Assembly (NCBI GenBank): GCA_041738235.1
Contig: JBGSQF010000013.1
Span: 129,583-193,582, forward strand
Origin: Minisyncoccia bacterium
Lineage (GTDB): Bacteria > Patescibacteriota > Minisyncoccia > Moranbacterales > GCA-2747515
DNA: 64,000 bases
Direction of reading: 5' to 3'
Shown: positions 37,330 through 47,447 of the stretch, in pieces
Numbering within the stretch: position 1 is the stretch's first letter
Layout: each line of letters begins with the position of its first letter
The notes under the pieces: model-generated
What the model saw: only the letters and a program-made list of their open reading frames with translations
What the model was told of the DNA's origin: nothing
Databases searched by the model: none
Made by a program: the position numbers and the translations under genes

Positions 37330-39318
37330 ATGAAACAAGAAAAAACATGCCTCCTCTCTGTGATCCCCCTGGTACATATCGCTCCCTCTCGTGGACATAT
37401 TTTTTCCTATACTTTTTCTTCCCCGATCCCCATCGGTACATTAGTAGAGATCCCATTAGGAAAAACTCGCATAGTATTGGGCATTGTAGTTACCTCGAAG
37501 ATCACAACTATCTCCCAAAAAGGACTGAAGTCTATCAAAAAAATAGTCTCCCCTTCTCTTCTTGCCGAAAAACATATTGCTTTTGCCGAATATATCGCTC
37601 GGGAATATTTTGGATCGGTCGGAACGATCCTTGATCTTTTTCGTCCTCCCAAGATCAAGAAGGTCAAGTCTCAAAAGTCACTCAAGAATGAGTCTATTGA
37701 GAGCATACAACTTACCCCAAAACAAAAAAATGCTGTAAAGAAAATAGCACAAACAAAAAATCCCATTCTTCTCACAGGACCCCCTGCATCAGGAAAGACG
37801 GAGGTGCTGATCGAGGTGGTCAAGAGGGTTCTTCAGGAAGGTAAACAGGTTCTATTTCTGCTTCCTGAGATCACGCTTACACCGCATTCGGTCGATCGAA
37901 TGACCAGGAGACTGGGAAGTGGTTGCGTCTCTGTTTTTCATAGCGCACTCACCAAGGGTCAACGTGCATCCGTATGGCACGGTATTGCCTCAGGAAGATC
38001 GCAAGTCGTGATCGGTTCACGGTCCGCGCTTTTCCTTCCCTTCCAGAATTTGGGGCTTGTGATCGTTGATGAGGAAAATGACGATTCTTATAAACAAACA
38101 CTGAAATCTCCTCGATATGATACTCGGATCGTAGCGGAAAAACTCGCCAAGATCCACCAAGCGAGAACAATATTTTGTAGTTCTACACCCAGAAGTGAAA
38201 CACTTTTTCGAGTTGATCATAAGACCCTGGATATCGTCGATCTCCCAATATTAGAGATGAAAAAAAGTCTCTCTCCTCCTCAAATACAGATCGTAGATAT
38301 GCGCCTTGCTCACTGGAAGAACAAACAAAAGAAAATGTCCCCACCTATTTTTTCAGAAGATCTGATCGAACGCATTCGAGAAACACTCAAAAGAAAGGAA
38401 CAGATCCTGCTTTTGGTGAGCCGCCAAGGAATGAATGCATTCTCTTTATGTACAGTGTGTAAAAATATTCTTCGTTGCCCAAAATGTGACCGCGCCCTCG
38501 TAGGACAACACTCCGGTCACTACTTGTGCCTTGGAGGGCACTTCCGAACACAAGCATTTCCCAAATGTCCAACTTGCGGAGGATTGCAGTTTACAAGTCA
38601 TGGTGTTGGAACCCAAAAGGTAGAAGAGGAACTTGTGCGTCTTTTTCCTTATTCACGGATCGCTCGATTTGATTCTCAAGTGGCCCAAAAACGGTCTCTT
38701 CGTGAGTCGCTATTCTCCGATATGTCAGATAGAAAGATCGATATCCTCATCGGAACACAGATGATAGCTAAGGGCTGGGACATCTCCCACCTTTCACTGA
38801 TCGGGATCATAGACTCTGATTCTTTTTTCTCCATTCCCGACTACTCTACTGATGCTCGAATAGCACAGCTCTTGTTCCAGGCGCGAGGACGACTCAACCG
38901 CGTGGGAAGTATTTCTTCCGGAGCGCTTCTTATACAAACATACCATTCCGAAAGACCAATTTTTTCCTTCCTTGAAAAGAACAATTACACTGGATTTATA
39001 ACAGAGGAAATGGAAACACGACAAGCGTTAAAATACCCCCCCTATTGTCGCTTGCTTCGATTAGTGGGTAAGAGTACCAATGATATCAAATTACGTGCCC
39101 AGGCACTTGATCTCTATAAAGAGATGGCAAGCATCAAAGATCCCGATCTTGTCATAGCACGCCCCACAAAATCTCTCAAACGTCAAAAAATGGGGATCTT
39201 TTCCCGTCAGATAGTGATCAAGCATTTTTCCCAACAAATTTCGCCCCCCATTCGAAAAATACTTGAAAATATCCCTAAGAACTGGTACATTGATAATGAT
39301 GCTGTGTCCATTGCTTAA
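37330..39318 (+). CDS. priA: Primosomal protein N' (PriA helicase).
   Basis: Walker A is GPPASGKT. It has a Cys-rich zinc-binding insertion (CTVCKNILRCPKCD...CPTCGG) and a helicase C domain. Confidence 0.9.
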   Translation: MKQEKTCLLSVIPLVHIAPSRGHIFSYTFSSPIPIGTLVEIPLGKTRIVLGIVVTSKITTISQKGLKSIKKIVSPSLLAEKHIAFAEYIAREYFGSVGTILDLFRPPKIKKVKSQKSLKNESIESIQLTPKQKNAVKKIAQTKNPILLTGPPASGKTEVLIEVVKRVLQEGKQVLFLLPEITLTPHSVDRMTRRLGSGCVSVFHSALTKGQRASVWHGIASGRSQVVIGSRSALFLPFQNLGLVIVDEENDDSYKQTLKSPRYDTRIVAEKLAKIHQARTIFCSSTPRSETLFRVDHKTLDIVDLPILEMKKSLSPPQIQIVDMRLAHWKNKQKKMSPPIFSEDLIERIRETLKRKEQILLLVSRQGMNAFSLCTVCKNILRCPKCDRALVGQHSGHYLCLGGHFRTQAFPKCPTCGGLQFTSHGVGTQKVEEELVRLFPYSRIARFDSQVAQKRSLRESLFSDMSDRKIDILIGTQMIAKGWDISHLSLIGIIDSDSFFSIPDYSTDARIAQLLFQARGRLNRVGSISSGALLIQTYHSERPIFSFLEKNNYTGFITEEMETRQALKYPPYCRLLRLVGKSTNDIKLRAQALDLYKEMASIKDPDLVIARPTKSLKRQKMGIFSRQIVIKHFSQQISPPIRKILENIPKNWYIDNDAVSIA

Positions 39319-39378
39319 TCGCGGTTGTTTATTGCATCCAAATAGGTATGTCAGAGCTGAGAAAGCTTTTTAGTCTAT

Positions 39379-39813
39379 ATGCTTACACTCGTTACACATC
39401 CAAATGAAATCCTTCGAACCAAAGGGGAAAAGATCCTCGATCCGCTTGATCCAAAGATCCAGGCGCTCATCCCTGAAATGATCGGAACGATGCACGCTGA
39501 GAAGGGTGTAGGACTTGCTGCACAACAGATCGGTCAAGCTCTTCAGATCGCTGTCATTGAAGTTGAACATATTGTGTATATTCTCATTAATCCTAAGATC
39601 ACAGCACTATCTCGAGAAACAGAACCAATGGAAGAAGGATGTCTCAGTGTTCCTGGAAAATTTTTTCCAATAAAACGATCCACATCCGTTCAGGTACGTT
39701 ATACCAATGAAAAAGGAGAGCGAAAAAAACTTCGCGCTCGGGGACTTTTGGCCCAAGCTATCCAACATGAAGTGGATCATCTCAATGGCATTATTATTCT
39801 TGATCGACTCTAA
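39379..39813 (+). CDS. def: Peptide deformylase.
   Basis: It has the three PDF motifs: GVGLAAQQIG, EGCLSVPG and QHEVDHLNG. Confidence 0.9.
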   Translation: MLTLVTHPNEILRTKGEKILDPLDPKIQALIPEMIGTMHAEKGVGLAAQQIGQALQIAVIEVEHIVYILINPKITALSRETEPMEEGCLSVPGKFFPIKRSTSVQVRYTNEKGERKKLRARGLLAQAIQHEVDHLNGIIILDRL

Positions 39814-39837
39814 AATACACCTAAAACAATAAGGGTC

Positions 39838-40827
39838 ATGTCTTTTTTTCACAAATTCTTCTCAAAACCAAAAGATCCAAAAAAAATACATATTGTCTTT
39901 TTTGGTACCCCAGAATTTGCAGCGATCGTTCTTGAAGCACTTTTGAAAGAATCTTACACTATTCGGGCAGTTGTCACACAACCGGATAAGGCCGCTGGGA
40001 GAAAAAGGATCGTTGTTCCAAGTCCTGTCAAGGAGGTTGCTCTGAGAAGTTCGATCCCAGTTTTACAACCCACGAAGATAGGAAAAGACTTCTTACAGGT
40101 GCTTAGCAAATATCAACCGGAGCTCATCCTTGTTGCAGCCTATGGAAAGATATTTCCTGCCCCCCTCCTCGACTTCCCCAAACACGGATGTGTCAATGTT
40201 CATGCATCCCTGCTTCCTTTGTACCGGGGAGCCTCACCCATCCAGAATGCTATTCTCAATGGTGAAAAGATGACAGGTGTTTCTTTAATGCAGTTAAACA
40301 AGGGACTTGATACTGGACCAATCTATGCCAAACAGATCATCTCATTAGAAGATAATGAACTTTTCCCGGAGGTGCTCGACCGACTTGCCCATACAGCTGC
40401 AACACTAACTATAAACATGCTGCCGACAATACTTAAGGGCGACCTTATGCCAATCCCTCAAAATGATGAGGAAGCGACAGTTTGCCAGCTTATTGAGAAA
40501 GAGGATGGTCGTATATACTGGAACGAAACGGCACGAGAGGTCTTCAATAAATATAGAGCCTTCTTTCCTTGGCCGGGGATATATACACACTGGAAAAGAG
40601 GTGCTAATATTCTTCGTATTAAACTTATTCGTATTCAGTTGCGTGAAGATGTGCAAGTAAAAGAGCACGCAATGGGGCAGGTGTTTCTGCAAGAATCTAA
40701 TGTTTTTGTAAGCACATCCCTTGGCTGTATCGAACTTCTCGAGGTACAACTAGAGGGTAAGAGCGTTTTGAATGTTCATGATTTTATTCGTGGGTCTGAT
40801 GAATTTATCGGATCCGTGCTACAATAG
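39838..40827 (+). CDS. fmt: Methionyl-tRNA formyltransferase.
   Basis: It begins IVFFGTPEFA. It contains HASLLPLYRG and a C-terminal Fmt domain. It lies immediately downstream of def. Confidence 0.9.
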   Translation: MSFFHKFFSKPKDPKKIHIVFFGTPEFAAIVLEALLKESYTIRAVVTQPDKAAGRKRIVVPSPVKEVALRSSIPVLQPTKIGKDFLQVLSKYQPELILVAAYGKIFPAPLLDFPKHGCVNVHASLLPLYRGASPIQNAILNGEKMTGVSLMQLNKGLDTGPIYAKQIISLEDNELFPEVLDRLAHTAATLTINMLPTILKGDLMPIPQNDEEATVCQLIEKEDGRIYWNETAREVFNKYRAFFPWPGIYTHWKRGANILRIKLIRIQLREDVQVKEHAMGQVFLQESNVFVSTSLGCIELLEVQLEGKSVLNVHDFIRGSDEFIGSVLQ

Positions 40828-40900
40828 AGACACAAACATACATTGGAAAATGAATCTTATTTGAAGATCTTGCTATTTTTCCTAAAAACAAAACTTTTCT

Positions 40901-41698
40901 ATGAAAGATTCTATCTTCCCTAAAGAGGTCTTAGTTGTTGTCGTTGGCGTCTTACTGATTGTCGGTGTTATGCTTTTCACGCTCCTTCGCTCTGATACCA
41001 AGATACAGAATGTACTTAAAACATCTTCCGAAGACTCACAAACAACGCAATTCTTTGATCAAATAGATTATATACAGGCCAATAAACTGATAACAGAACT
41101 GCACAACGAAGGATTGGTCATTCTTGATGTTCGAGATAGGACGTACTTTGATCTGAGCCATATTCCAGGTTCCATCTCAGTAACTCCCACTACTGCCGCA
41201 GAAGCGTTTACGTCTTATAGATCAAACCCACAAAAGATCGTGTTAGTTGACTCAGAAGGACAAACACCTCAGCTCAAGGCAACCGTTGAGGATCTTCGTG
41301 AGAAGAACATAAAGAATGTCCGAATACTTTCTGGAGGATACTCAGCATGGGATACGCGCGCTTACCCGACCGTTTCCTGGGGAGATCCAGAGTCTCCCAC
41401 AGATCTTGCAAAAGTTCGATCCATCTCCCCAGAGAATGTTCAGAAAGTAAAAAATGACAAAGAGGTCATATTCTTAGATGTTCGGACAACAGAAGACTAC
41501 GCTAAAGACCACAGAGAAGGATCTATTAACATTCCTTTTGACGCATTAGAGTCTTCGAGCGATAAGATACCAAAAATGCAAATGTTGATCGTTTACGGCA
41601 CAACACCCATTGATAGTTTCCGTGCAGGTGTGCGTCTTTTTGATATGGGCTATAATCTTGCCTATACAGTTGTTGGTGGCTATATTGATATCAAATAG
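40901..41698 (+). CDS. Membrane-anchored tandem rhodanese-domain protein.
   Basis: It has an N-terminal transmembrane helix and two rhodanese-like modules (VILDVRD...; IFLDVRTTEDY...). Confidence 0.65.
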   Translation: MKDSIFPKEVLVVVVGVLLIVGVMLFTLLRSDTKIQNVLKTSSEDSQTTQFFDQIDYIQANKLITELHNEGLVILDVRDRTYFDLSHIPGSISVTPTTAAEAFTSYRSNPQKIVLVDSEGQTPQLKATVEDLREKNIKNVRILSGGYSAWDTRAYPTVSWGDPESPTDLAKVRSISPENVQKVKNDKEVIFLDVRTTEDYAKDHREGSINIPFDALESSSDKIPKMQMLIVYGTTPIDSFRAGVRLFDMGYNLAYTVVGGYIDIK

Positions 41699-41710
41699 AT
41701 TTATAAACAT

Positions 41711-42553
41711 CTATAGAAAAGGATTTGGTTTAAGTCCAATATTTTTCCAGAATTCTCTGGCAATTTTTTTTGTTATGTCCCCTACTACTCCATTACCGAT
41801 CTTTTGTTCATCCACACTCACCACAGGAAGGATGTTTTTGTAGCTCCCTGTGAGAAACATCTCATCAGCGTCAAGCATTTCAAAAGCTAACACATCACGT
41901 TCTTCCACAACGAGTCCCATTTCTCGCGCCAGGGATAGTGCGTATTTTCTTGTTATTCCACCAAGCACACTCGTTTTGGGACTTATGACCTTTCCCTTCG
42001 ATACGATACATACGTTGGCCGTAGAGGCCTCTAAAAGATTTCCGTTAGCTATGTATACGATCTCCACAGCTCCTTTCGCTTTCTTCTCAGCCAGGTAGGA
42101 GATCGGAAATACATAATCCACCGTTTTAGCTTCTGGGAACTTTCTAATATAGGGCTTAGTGATCACGCCCACACCTTTTTCATACCATTCGGATGAGATT
42201 TCCTTCCAGATATCCATCAAAATATAGAAAGTTGGTTGTTTAAAGTTTGGCTCAAAAGCATTTTCACTCACTCCTCCAGTCAACACCGTCCGAACCGAGG
42301 CGTCTTGCAAATGATTCTTCTGCAAAAGATACTTGATAATTTCTGTCCATTGTTCAAAAGAGATGGGTAGACCAAGTGAGAGCGTATCGGCTGACCGAAC
42401 TAATCTTTCCCAATGCTCACGAGCGAGGAAGGGATCCTCATTAAATATCGGCATAACATCAAATACTGCATATCCTCGTAGCACCCCGATATCTCGAGGA
42501 TTAATCCGCATATCCTCTTCAACAACTACGTTCCCGTTTATATATCCAAACAT
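41711..42553 (-). CDS. Class IV aminotransferase (branched-chain / D-amino-acid aminotransferase family).
   Basis: A 280-aa protein with the fold-type IV PLP pattern (EERDVL...TGS..), aligning with IlvE/PabC-like enzymes. Confidence 0.75.
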   Translation of the reverse strand: MFGYINGNVVVEEDMRINPRDIGVLRGYAVFDVMPIFNEDPFLAREHWERLVRSADTLSLGLPISFEQWTEIIKYLLQKNHLQDASVRTVLTGGVSENAFEPNFKQPTFYILMDIWKEISSEWYEKGVGVITKPYIRKFPEAKTVDYVFPISYLAEKKAKGAVEIVYIANGNLLEASTANVCIVSKGKVISPKTSVLGGITRKYALSLAREMGLVVEERDVLAFEMLDADEMFLTGSYKNILPVVSVDEQKIGNGVVGDITKKIAREFWKNIGLKPNPFL

Positions 42554-42581
42554 ATGTTTCTATGACAAGCCTTTAAATAGA

Positions 42582-44408
42582 TTATCGTTTAAGAACATTC
42601 AGAAATGCCTCGGGCGGAATATTTACACGTCCAGATGATTTCATACGTTGCTTGCCTTTTTTCTGCTTTTCTAAGAGTTTTTTCTTTCGTGAAAAATCTC
42701 CTCCATAGAGTTTTGCAATAACGTCCTTTCGGTAGGCACTTATGCTCGATCGAGCGATGATCTTCCCTCCAATGGCCGCTTGAAGCGCCACAACGAAGTT
42801 TTGTCTTGGGATCACCTCTTTTAATTTATCTACGATCTTTTTACCCTCAGAAAACGCTTGGCTTTTTGGAACGATCCGACTGAATGCCTCCACTACATCC
42901 CCAGCAACCAGAATGTCAATCTTTACCAGATCACTTGTTCGATACCCAATAAGCTCATAATTCATTGAAGCAAAACCCGAAGAGATGCTCTTGAGATCAT
43001 CATGAAAATTGACGATCACCTCCATTAAGGGCGCCTCAAATTCCAGTACCGCACGGTCAGCATCCAGGTACTGTGTATTTTTATAGGTTGAACGAAGCGA
43101 ACTAAGCAACTTCATTATGCCTCCCATGTATTCTGCCGGGGTGATCACCTCTAACTTTACAAAGGGCTCTGCAACGCTTTCAAGGGTTGAGGGATCAGGA
43201 TATTCAACAGGAGAATAGATGTGTTTCTTTTCTTTATTTTTTAATATGATCTCATAGACCACGCTTGGCGTTGTGATAACTGGGGAAAATTCAAATTCCC
43301 GCTCCAATCGGGCTTGGATGATCTCTAAATGGAGCATGCCGAGAAATCCACAGCGAAACCCACGCCCCAAGGCAAGATTACTTTCAGGCTCAAAAACAAA
43401 CGAAGCATCATTAAGGCGTAGCTTTTCCAAGGCATCTCGCATACCATTATAATCCTCTCCTTCTCTTGGATAGAAGCTGGCATACATTACCGGTCTCACT
43501 TCACGATATCCAGGAAGAGGTTTGATGGATATAGACTCCGCTTCTGGTATATCCACTCTGACCCTTTCTGTTTTTGACCTTGTGCTATAGACCGTATCTC
43601 CCACACGGCAAACGCTCACGCTCTTGAGTCCTGTGGCGATATAACCCACCTCACCTGCATGAAGTTTTCCTGTTTTGACAAGCGCTGGGAAAAAATAACC
43701 CACCTCAATGGCAATACCTTGTGTTTGTGTGGCAAAGTATCGAAGTATCTCATCTCGACCCACTTCACCATCAACTACACGAACATATGCCACAACACCC
43801 CTATAATCATCATATACGGAATCGAAGATCAGTGCACGGAGTGGCGCTCGAGGATCACCCTTAGGTGGAGAGATACGCGTGACAATAGTATCCAGTATTT
43901 CTTTTACTCCCAATCCAGTTTTTCCAGAAGCACAAAGAATATCTTCTTCTTTGCATCCTAAAATATGGATGATCTCTTTTTTTGTCCGTTCCACCTCAGC
44001 ATTTGGCAGATCGATCTTATTGACTACAGGTATGATCTCCAAACCCTGTTCAATGGCACTATAAAGGTTTGCCAATGTCTGCGCCTGAACACCTTTGGTT
44101 GAATCGACCAACAATACAGCTCCCTCTACAGCAGCAAGAGAACGAGACACTTCATATTGAAAATCCACATGGCCCGGAGTGTCTATAAGGTTGAGCACAT
44201 AATCCTTCCCCTGAAATACATAATTCATTCGTACAGGCTGGAGCTTAATAGTAATCCCTCGTTCACGCTCAAGATCCATCTGATCAAGAAGTTGTTCTTT
44301 CATCTTCCGATCTTCTACTGTATGTGTAACCTCAAGCATTCGATCTGCCAATGTGGATTTCCCATGATCGATATGTGCGATAATACAAAAATTTCGGATA
44401 TTCTCCAT
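42582..44408 (-). CDS. lepA: Elongation factor 4.
   Basis: It begins IRNFCIIAHIDHGKSTLADR, continues with a G-domain, and has the LepA C-terminal domain. It is 608 aa. Confidence 0.95.
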   Translation of the reverse strand: MENIRNFCIIAHIDHGKSTLADRMLEVTHTVEDRKMKEQLLDQMDLERERGITIKLQPVRMNYVFQGKDYVLNLIDTPGHVDFQYEVSRSLAAVEGAVLLVDSTKGVQAQTLANLYSAIEQGLEIIPVVNKIDLPNAEVERTKKEIIHILGCKEEDILCASGKTGLGVKEILDTIVTRISPPKGDPRAPLRALIFDSVYDDYRGVVAYVRVVDGEVGRDEILRYFATQTQGIAIEVGYFFPALVKTGKLHAGEVGYIATGLKSVSVCRVGDTVYSTRSKTERVRVDIPEAESISIKPLPGYREVRPVMYASFYPREGEDYNGMRDALEKLRLNDASFVFEPESNLALGRGFRCGFLGMLHLEIIQARLEREFEFSPVITTPSVVYEIILKNKEKKHIYSPVEYPDPSTLESVAEPFVKLEVITPAEYMGGIMKLLSSLRSTYKNTQYLDADRAVLEFEAPLMEVIVNFHDDLKSISSGFASMNYELIGYRTSDLVKIDILVAGDVVEAFSRIVPKSQAFSEGKKIVDKLKEVIPRQNFVVALQAAIGGKIIARSSISAYRKDVIAKLYGGDFSRKKKLLEKQKKGKQRMKSSGRVNIPPEAFLNVLKR

Positions 44409-44583
44409 ATGTCCTCAAAGAAGTTTTCCTATAAAATATATCCAAAGTATGCTATAAAAAGGGAAAAAGAGCAATATCCTATACAGAGCAACATTCTTGA
44501 CATTTTTTGGACACTTTTAAAGTAAAATGCTATACTTCCCAACCGCAAACAGTTCTAGGTCCTATCCATCACAATCTTCTTTT

Positions 44584-45825
44584 ATGAGAATAAATAAAGT
44601 CCTTTTTACTCTTTTTCTTGTCACTACAATATCGCCTCCCTTATTCTCTCACGCACAAAACATCTCCGCCACCAACACATCGGTGGTTCCTCTCTATGTA
44701 TTTTCGCGAGAAGACTGTGCGCATTGCGCTGAGGAAAAACAATTTCTCGAGGAACTTGCTCAGCGAGACCAAACTATACAGATACAGATCTTGGACATTG
44801 GGGATGCAATCTACCACAAGCAATGGACAGAGATCGCACGAATAAATAAACTATCACTCGCCACCCCGATCACCGTAGTAGGCAATACCGTGCTTCAAGG
44901 ATTTGATTCGGCCGATACGACCGGCAAAAGGATCGAACAGATCATCGACAAAAGCAGAGGAAAAGAAACGCTCTCCCCTGAGGAAATGATTGCGATGGGG
45001 GCAAATGGAAGTGTGGAGTCTTTTGAAGGATCTAGCTGTGCCGATGGGGCAACTGTTTGTGCGTTCCCCGCTCAGCAACCTCTCGTGGTCTCCCTTCCCT
45101 TTGTTGGAGCTACTGATCTGAGTAAATACTCCCTTCCCTTCCTGTCTGTGGTATTGGGTTTTGTTGATGGATTCAATCCCTGTGCAATGTGGGTTCTAGT
45201 CACCTTTCTTATCATCCTCACGCAAGCCCGATCGCGAAAACGAATGTTTCTTATCGCCGGGGTCTTTATCTTTGCAGAAGCTGTATTGTACTGGCTCATT
45301 CTCAACGTATGGTTCACAACATGGAATTTTGTTGCTTTGGACCGTGTTGTGACCCCACTCATTGGATTACTAGCCCTTTTAGGAGGAATGTTTTTCTTGT
45401 ACGAATGGAGTCAAGCCACAGGGACCTGCAAGATCATTGGCGCATCCACAAGAGAAAAATTCATGCGTCGCATCCATTCTTTGTCCAATAAACCAGTTGG
45501 TATAGCTATGGTATTGAGTGTTGTTGGACTTGCTTTTTCCGTTAACATTATTGAATTTGCTTGTTCTATAGGTATTCCTCAAGCATTCACGAAGATATTG
45601 GAGTTCAACCACCTCAATCTCTTTCAGCAACAATCCCTGATGGGAATCTATATCTTCTTCTATATGATCGATGACCTGGCGGTGTTTGCCCTAGCTCTCT
45701 GGAGTATTGACAAGATCGGGCTTACTGCCAAATACACCACTTGGACCAACCTCATTGGCGGGATCCTCATGGTCATTCTTGGATTCCTCTTCCTTTTTGC
45801 CCCACAAACACTTCGTTTTTTATAG
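44584..45825 (+). CDS. Thioredoxin/glutaredoxin-like domain fused to a DsbD/CcdA-like multi-pass membrane domain.
   Basis: An N-terminal signal/TM segment is followed by a Trx-like domain with CAHC. The C-terminal transmembrane domain has two xNPC-like half-sites (GFNPCAMWV and EFACSIGIP). The start is trimmed to MRINK. Confidence 0.55.
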   Translation: MRINKVLFTLFLVTTISPPLFSHAQNISATNTSVVPLYVFSREDCAHCAEEKQFLEELAQRDQTIQIQILDIGDAIYHKQWTEIARINKLSLATPITVVGNTVLQGFDSADTTGKRIEQIIDKSRGKETLSPEEMIAMGANGSVESFEGSSCADGATVCAFPAQQPLVVSLPFVGATDLSKYSLPFLSVVLGFVDGFNPCAMWVLVTFLIILTQARSRKRMFLIAGVFIFAEAVLYWLILNVWFTTWNFVALDRVVTPLIGLLALLGGMFFLYEWSQATGTCKIIGASTREKFMRRIHSLSNKPVGIAMVLSVVGLAFSVNIIEFACSIGIPQAFTKILEFNHLNLFQQQSLMGIYIFFYMIDDLAVFALALWSIDKIGLTAKYTTWTNLIGGILMVILGFLFLFAPQTLRFL

Positions 45826-45931
45826 TCTTTCTAGAAACTCTTTGACAAGAAATACTTTTTCTTGTTATCTTGTTATATCCGTACACAGTCGTGCGGATCT
45901 TTGAAAAAAACAGCCAAGGAGAAGATCGAAA

Positions 45932-46282
45932 ATGAAAAAAATTGAGATGTGTTACGACCCCGCGTGCGCGGAGGACCCTCCGCACGCACTCCTTTTGGAC
46001 GAGCAGGGGAGCAAGGTATGCCCTATCCCGCTCTACTCCAAGGACCACGCCAGGGAGGCGATCCTTGAGTGCGGTCGCTACTGGTCGAGCACAGAACGCT
46101 CGCGTCTCTTGGAAGCAGTGGAAAGTTTTCCACTCCCCAACAAGATCCCTGCGGTATTTGAAGGGGCGACCCTCTGCGAGTTGGTTGCCGAATATGAGGA
46201 ACATCTCAGGCGGAGGTCTAAACCAAGCAGTCTCGTTATCCTAAGGTTCTACTACCTGCCTCAGTCAGGATTCATTGCCTGA
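45932..46282 (+). CDS. Hypothetical GC-rich small protein.
   Basis: A 116-aa ORF of about 55% GC in a 42% GC background. The GC richness creates overlapping antisense ORFs. I recognise no domain. Confidence 0.4.
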   Translation: MKKIEMCYDPACAEDPPHALLLDEQGSKVCPIPLYSKDHAREAILECGRYWSSTERSRLLEAVESFPLPNKIPAVFEGATLCELVAEYEEHLRRRSKPSSLVILRFYYLPQSGFIA

Positions 46283-46406
46283 CCTCAATATTGGGAAATA
46301 GACTTTCCGGCATAAGAAACCAAGCGCTCCCAAGGATAGTATTCCGAGGGAGCGCACACATTTTTATAAAGCTCAAGGGAAACAAGATATTCCCCCATAA
46401 TTACTA

Positions 46407-46781
46407 CTACTTCTTTATTTTTTCATGATCGAAGTAGACGGCTTCGATATTATGTCCATCCATATCATACACGAACGCCGCATAGTATCCGGGCCAATAT
46501 TCTGTGCGATACCCCGGTTTACCGTTATCCCTTGCCCCTGCCGACAAGGCCTCTTTGTAAAATGCATTTACCTGTCGCTTATTCTTAGCCTCGAACGCAA
46601 CATGCGTTGGGGAATGTTTTTTTGTTCTTGTGATCCAAAAGCTCGTATTACCCCCCTCTTCAAATCCAGCTGCCTCCCCAAATTCCATTGTCTGTTTGTA
46701 TTTTAGAGGCTTTAACGCTTTAGTATAGAACTTTTTTGCCCTCTGATAGTCGCTCACCGAGAGAGAAATATGTGCGATCAT
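46407..46781 (-). CDS. VOC-family protein (glyoxalase / bleomycin-resistance / dioxygenase fold).
   Basis: A 124-aa protein with the HISLSV start and the betaalphabetabetabeta VOC pattern. Confidence 0.7.
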   Translation of the reverse strand: MIAHISLSVSDYQRAKKFYTKALKPLKYKQTMEFGEAAGFEEGGNTSFWITRTKKHSPTHVAFEAKNKRQVNAFYKEALSAGARDNGKPGYRTEYWPGYYAAFVYDMDGHNIEAVYFDHEKIKK

Positions 46782-46860
46782 ATATTTACTTTAAAGAAGT
46801 TAGTTGAAACAAAAACAAACAGAACGCTCTCCCTCTTTTTATCCCATATATGGCGTGTTG

Positions 46861-47274
46861 TCATTTACCGTCAGAGTTATTTGCTATCATTTGCATCATT
46901 CCGACACGATTCCCCTCCGTATCCTCAAAGGATATATAGCGACCCACCCCACCAATGGCCATAGGTTCTCCTAGTATTTTTCCCCCGGAATCCACAACCT
47001 TTTTCATCTGCTCCTCCAAATTCTCCACATTAACAACCACCGATGGATATTGTGCTGGTTCATCCGTCGCCCGCTGATAAAAACCTCCATTGATAGCGCC
47101 GAGATTTTTTGGACCGTTTTTGTCCGATTCCGTTGTCATCGCCATAACATAGTCCCCGAATTCAGAACCGAGTTGTTGCATTTCCCAACCGAATGCCTTG
47201 CTGTAAAAATCGATGACGCGTTTTCGATCATACGCCGGCATCTCAAAATGTACTACTGCATTTTTATTGTTCAT
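46861..47274 (-). CDS. VOC-family protein (glyoxalase-like), second copy.
   Basis: A 137-aa protein with HFEMPAYD at the start and the G..G pattern typical of VOC proteins. Confidence 0.7.
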   Translation of the reverse strand: MNNKNAVVHFEMPAYDRKRVIDFYSKAFGWEMQQLGSEFGDYVMAMTTESDKNGPKNLGAINGGFYQRATDEPAQYPSVVVNVENLEEQMKKVVDSGGKILGEPMAIGGVGRYISFEDTEGNRVGMMQMIANNSDGK

Positions 47275-47375
47275 ACATGTACATAATACTATTTATACGC
47301 TGGTATGCGTTTGTCTTCATCTTTTATTTTCCTTGGCTGTGGGATAATAGTGAGTCTCGAGTTTGTTCATGCGTT

Positions 47376-47407
47376 CAAAAATAAAAGGGATGTAACGCAA
47401 TACATCC
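47376..47407 (-). terminator. Rho-independent terminator after the 47448..48236 gene.
   Basis: The hairpin GGATGTAttgcgtTACATCC is followed on the minus strand by TTTTATTTTTG. Confidence 0.6.
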
Positions 47408-47447
47408 TGATCTTTCAAAAATTTCACCCTTTTAAACAAATACAAAT

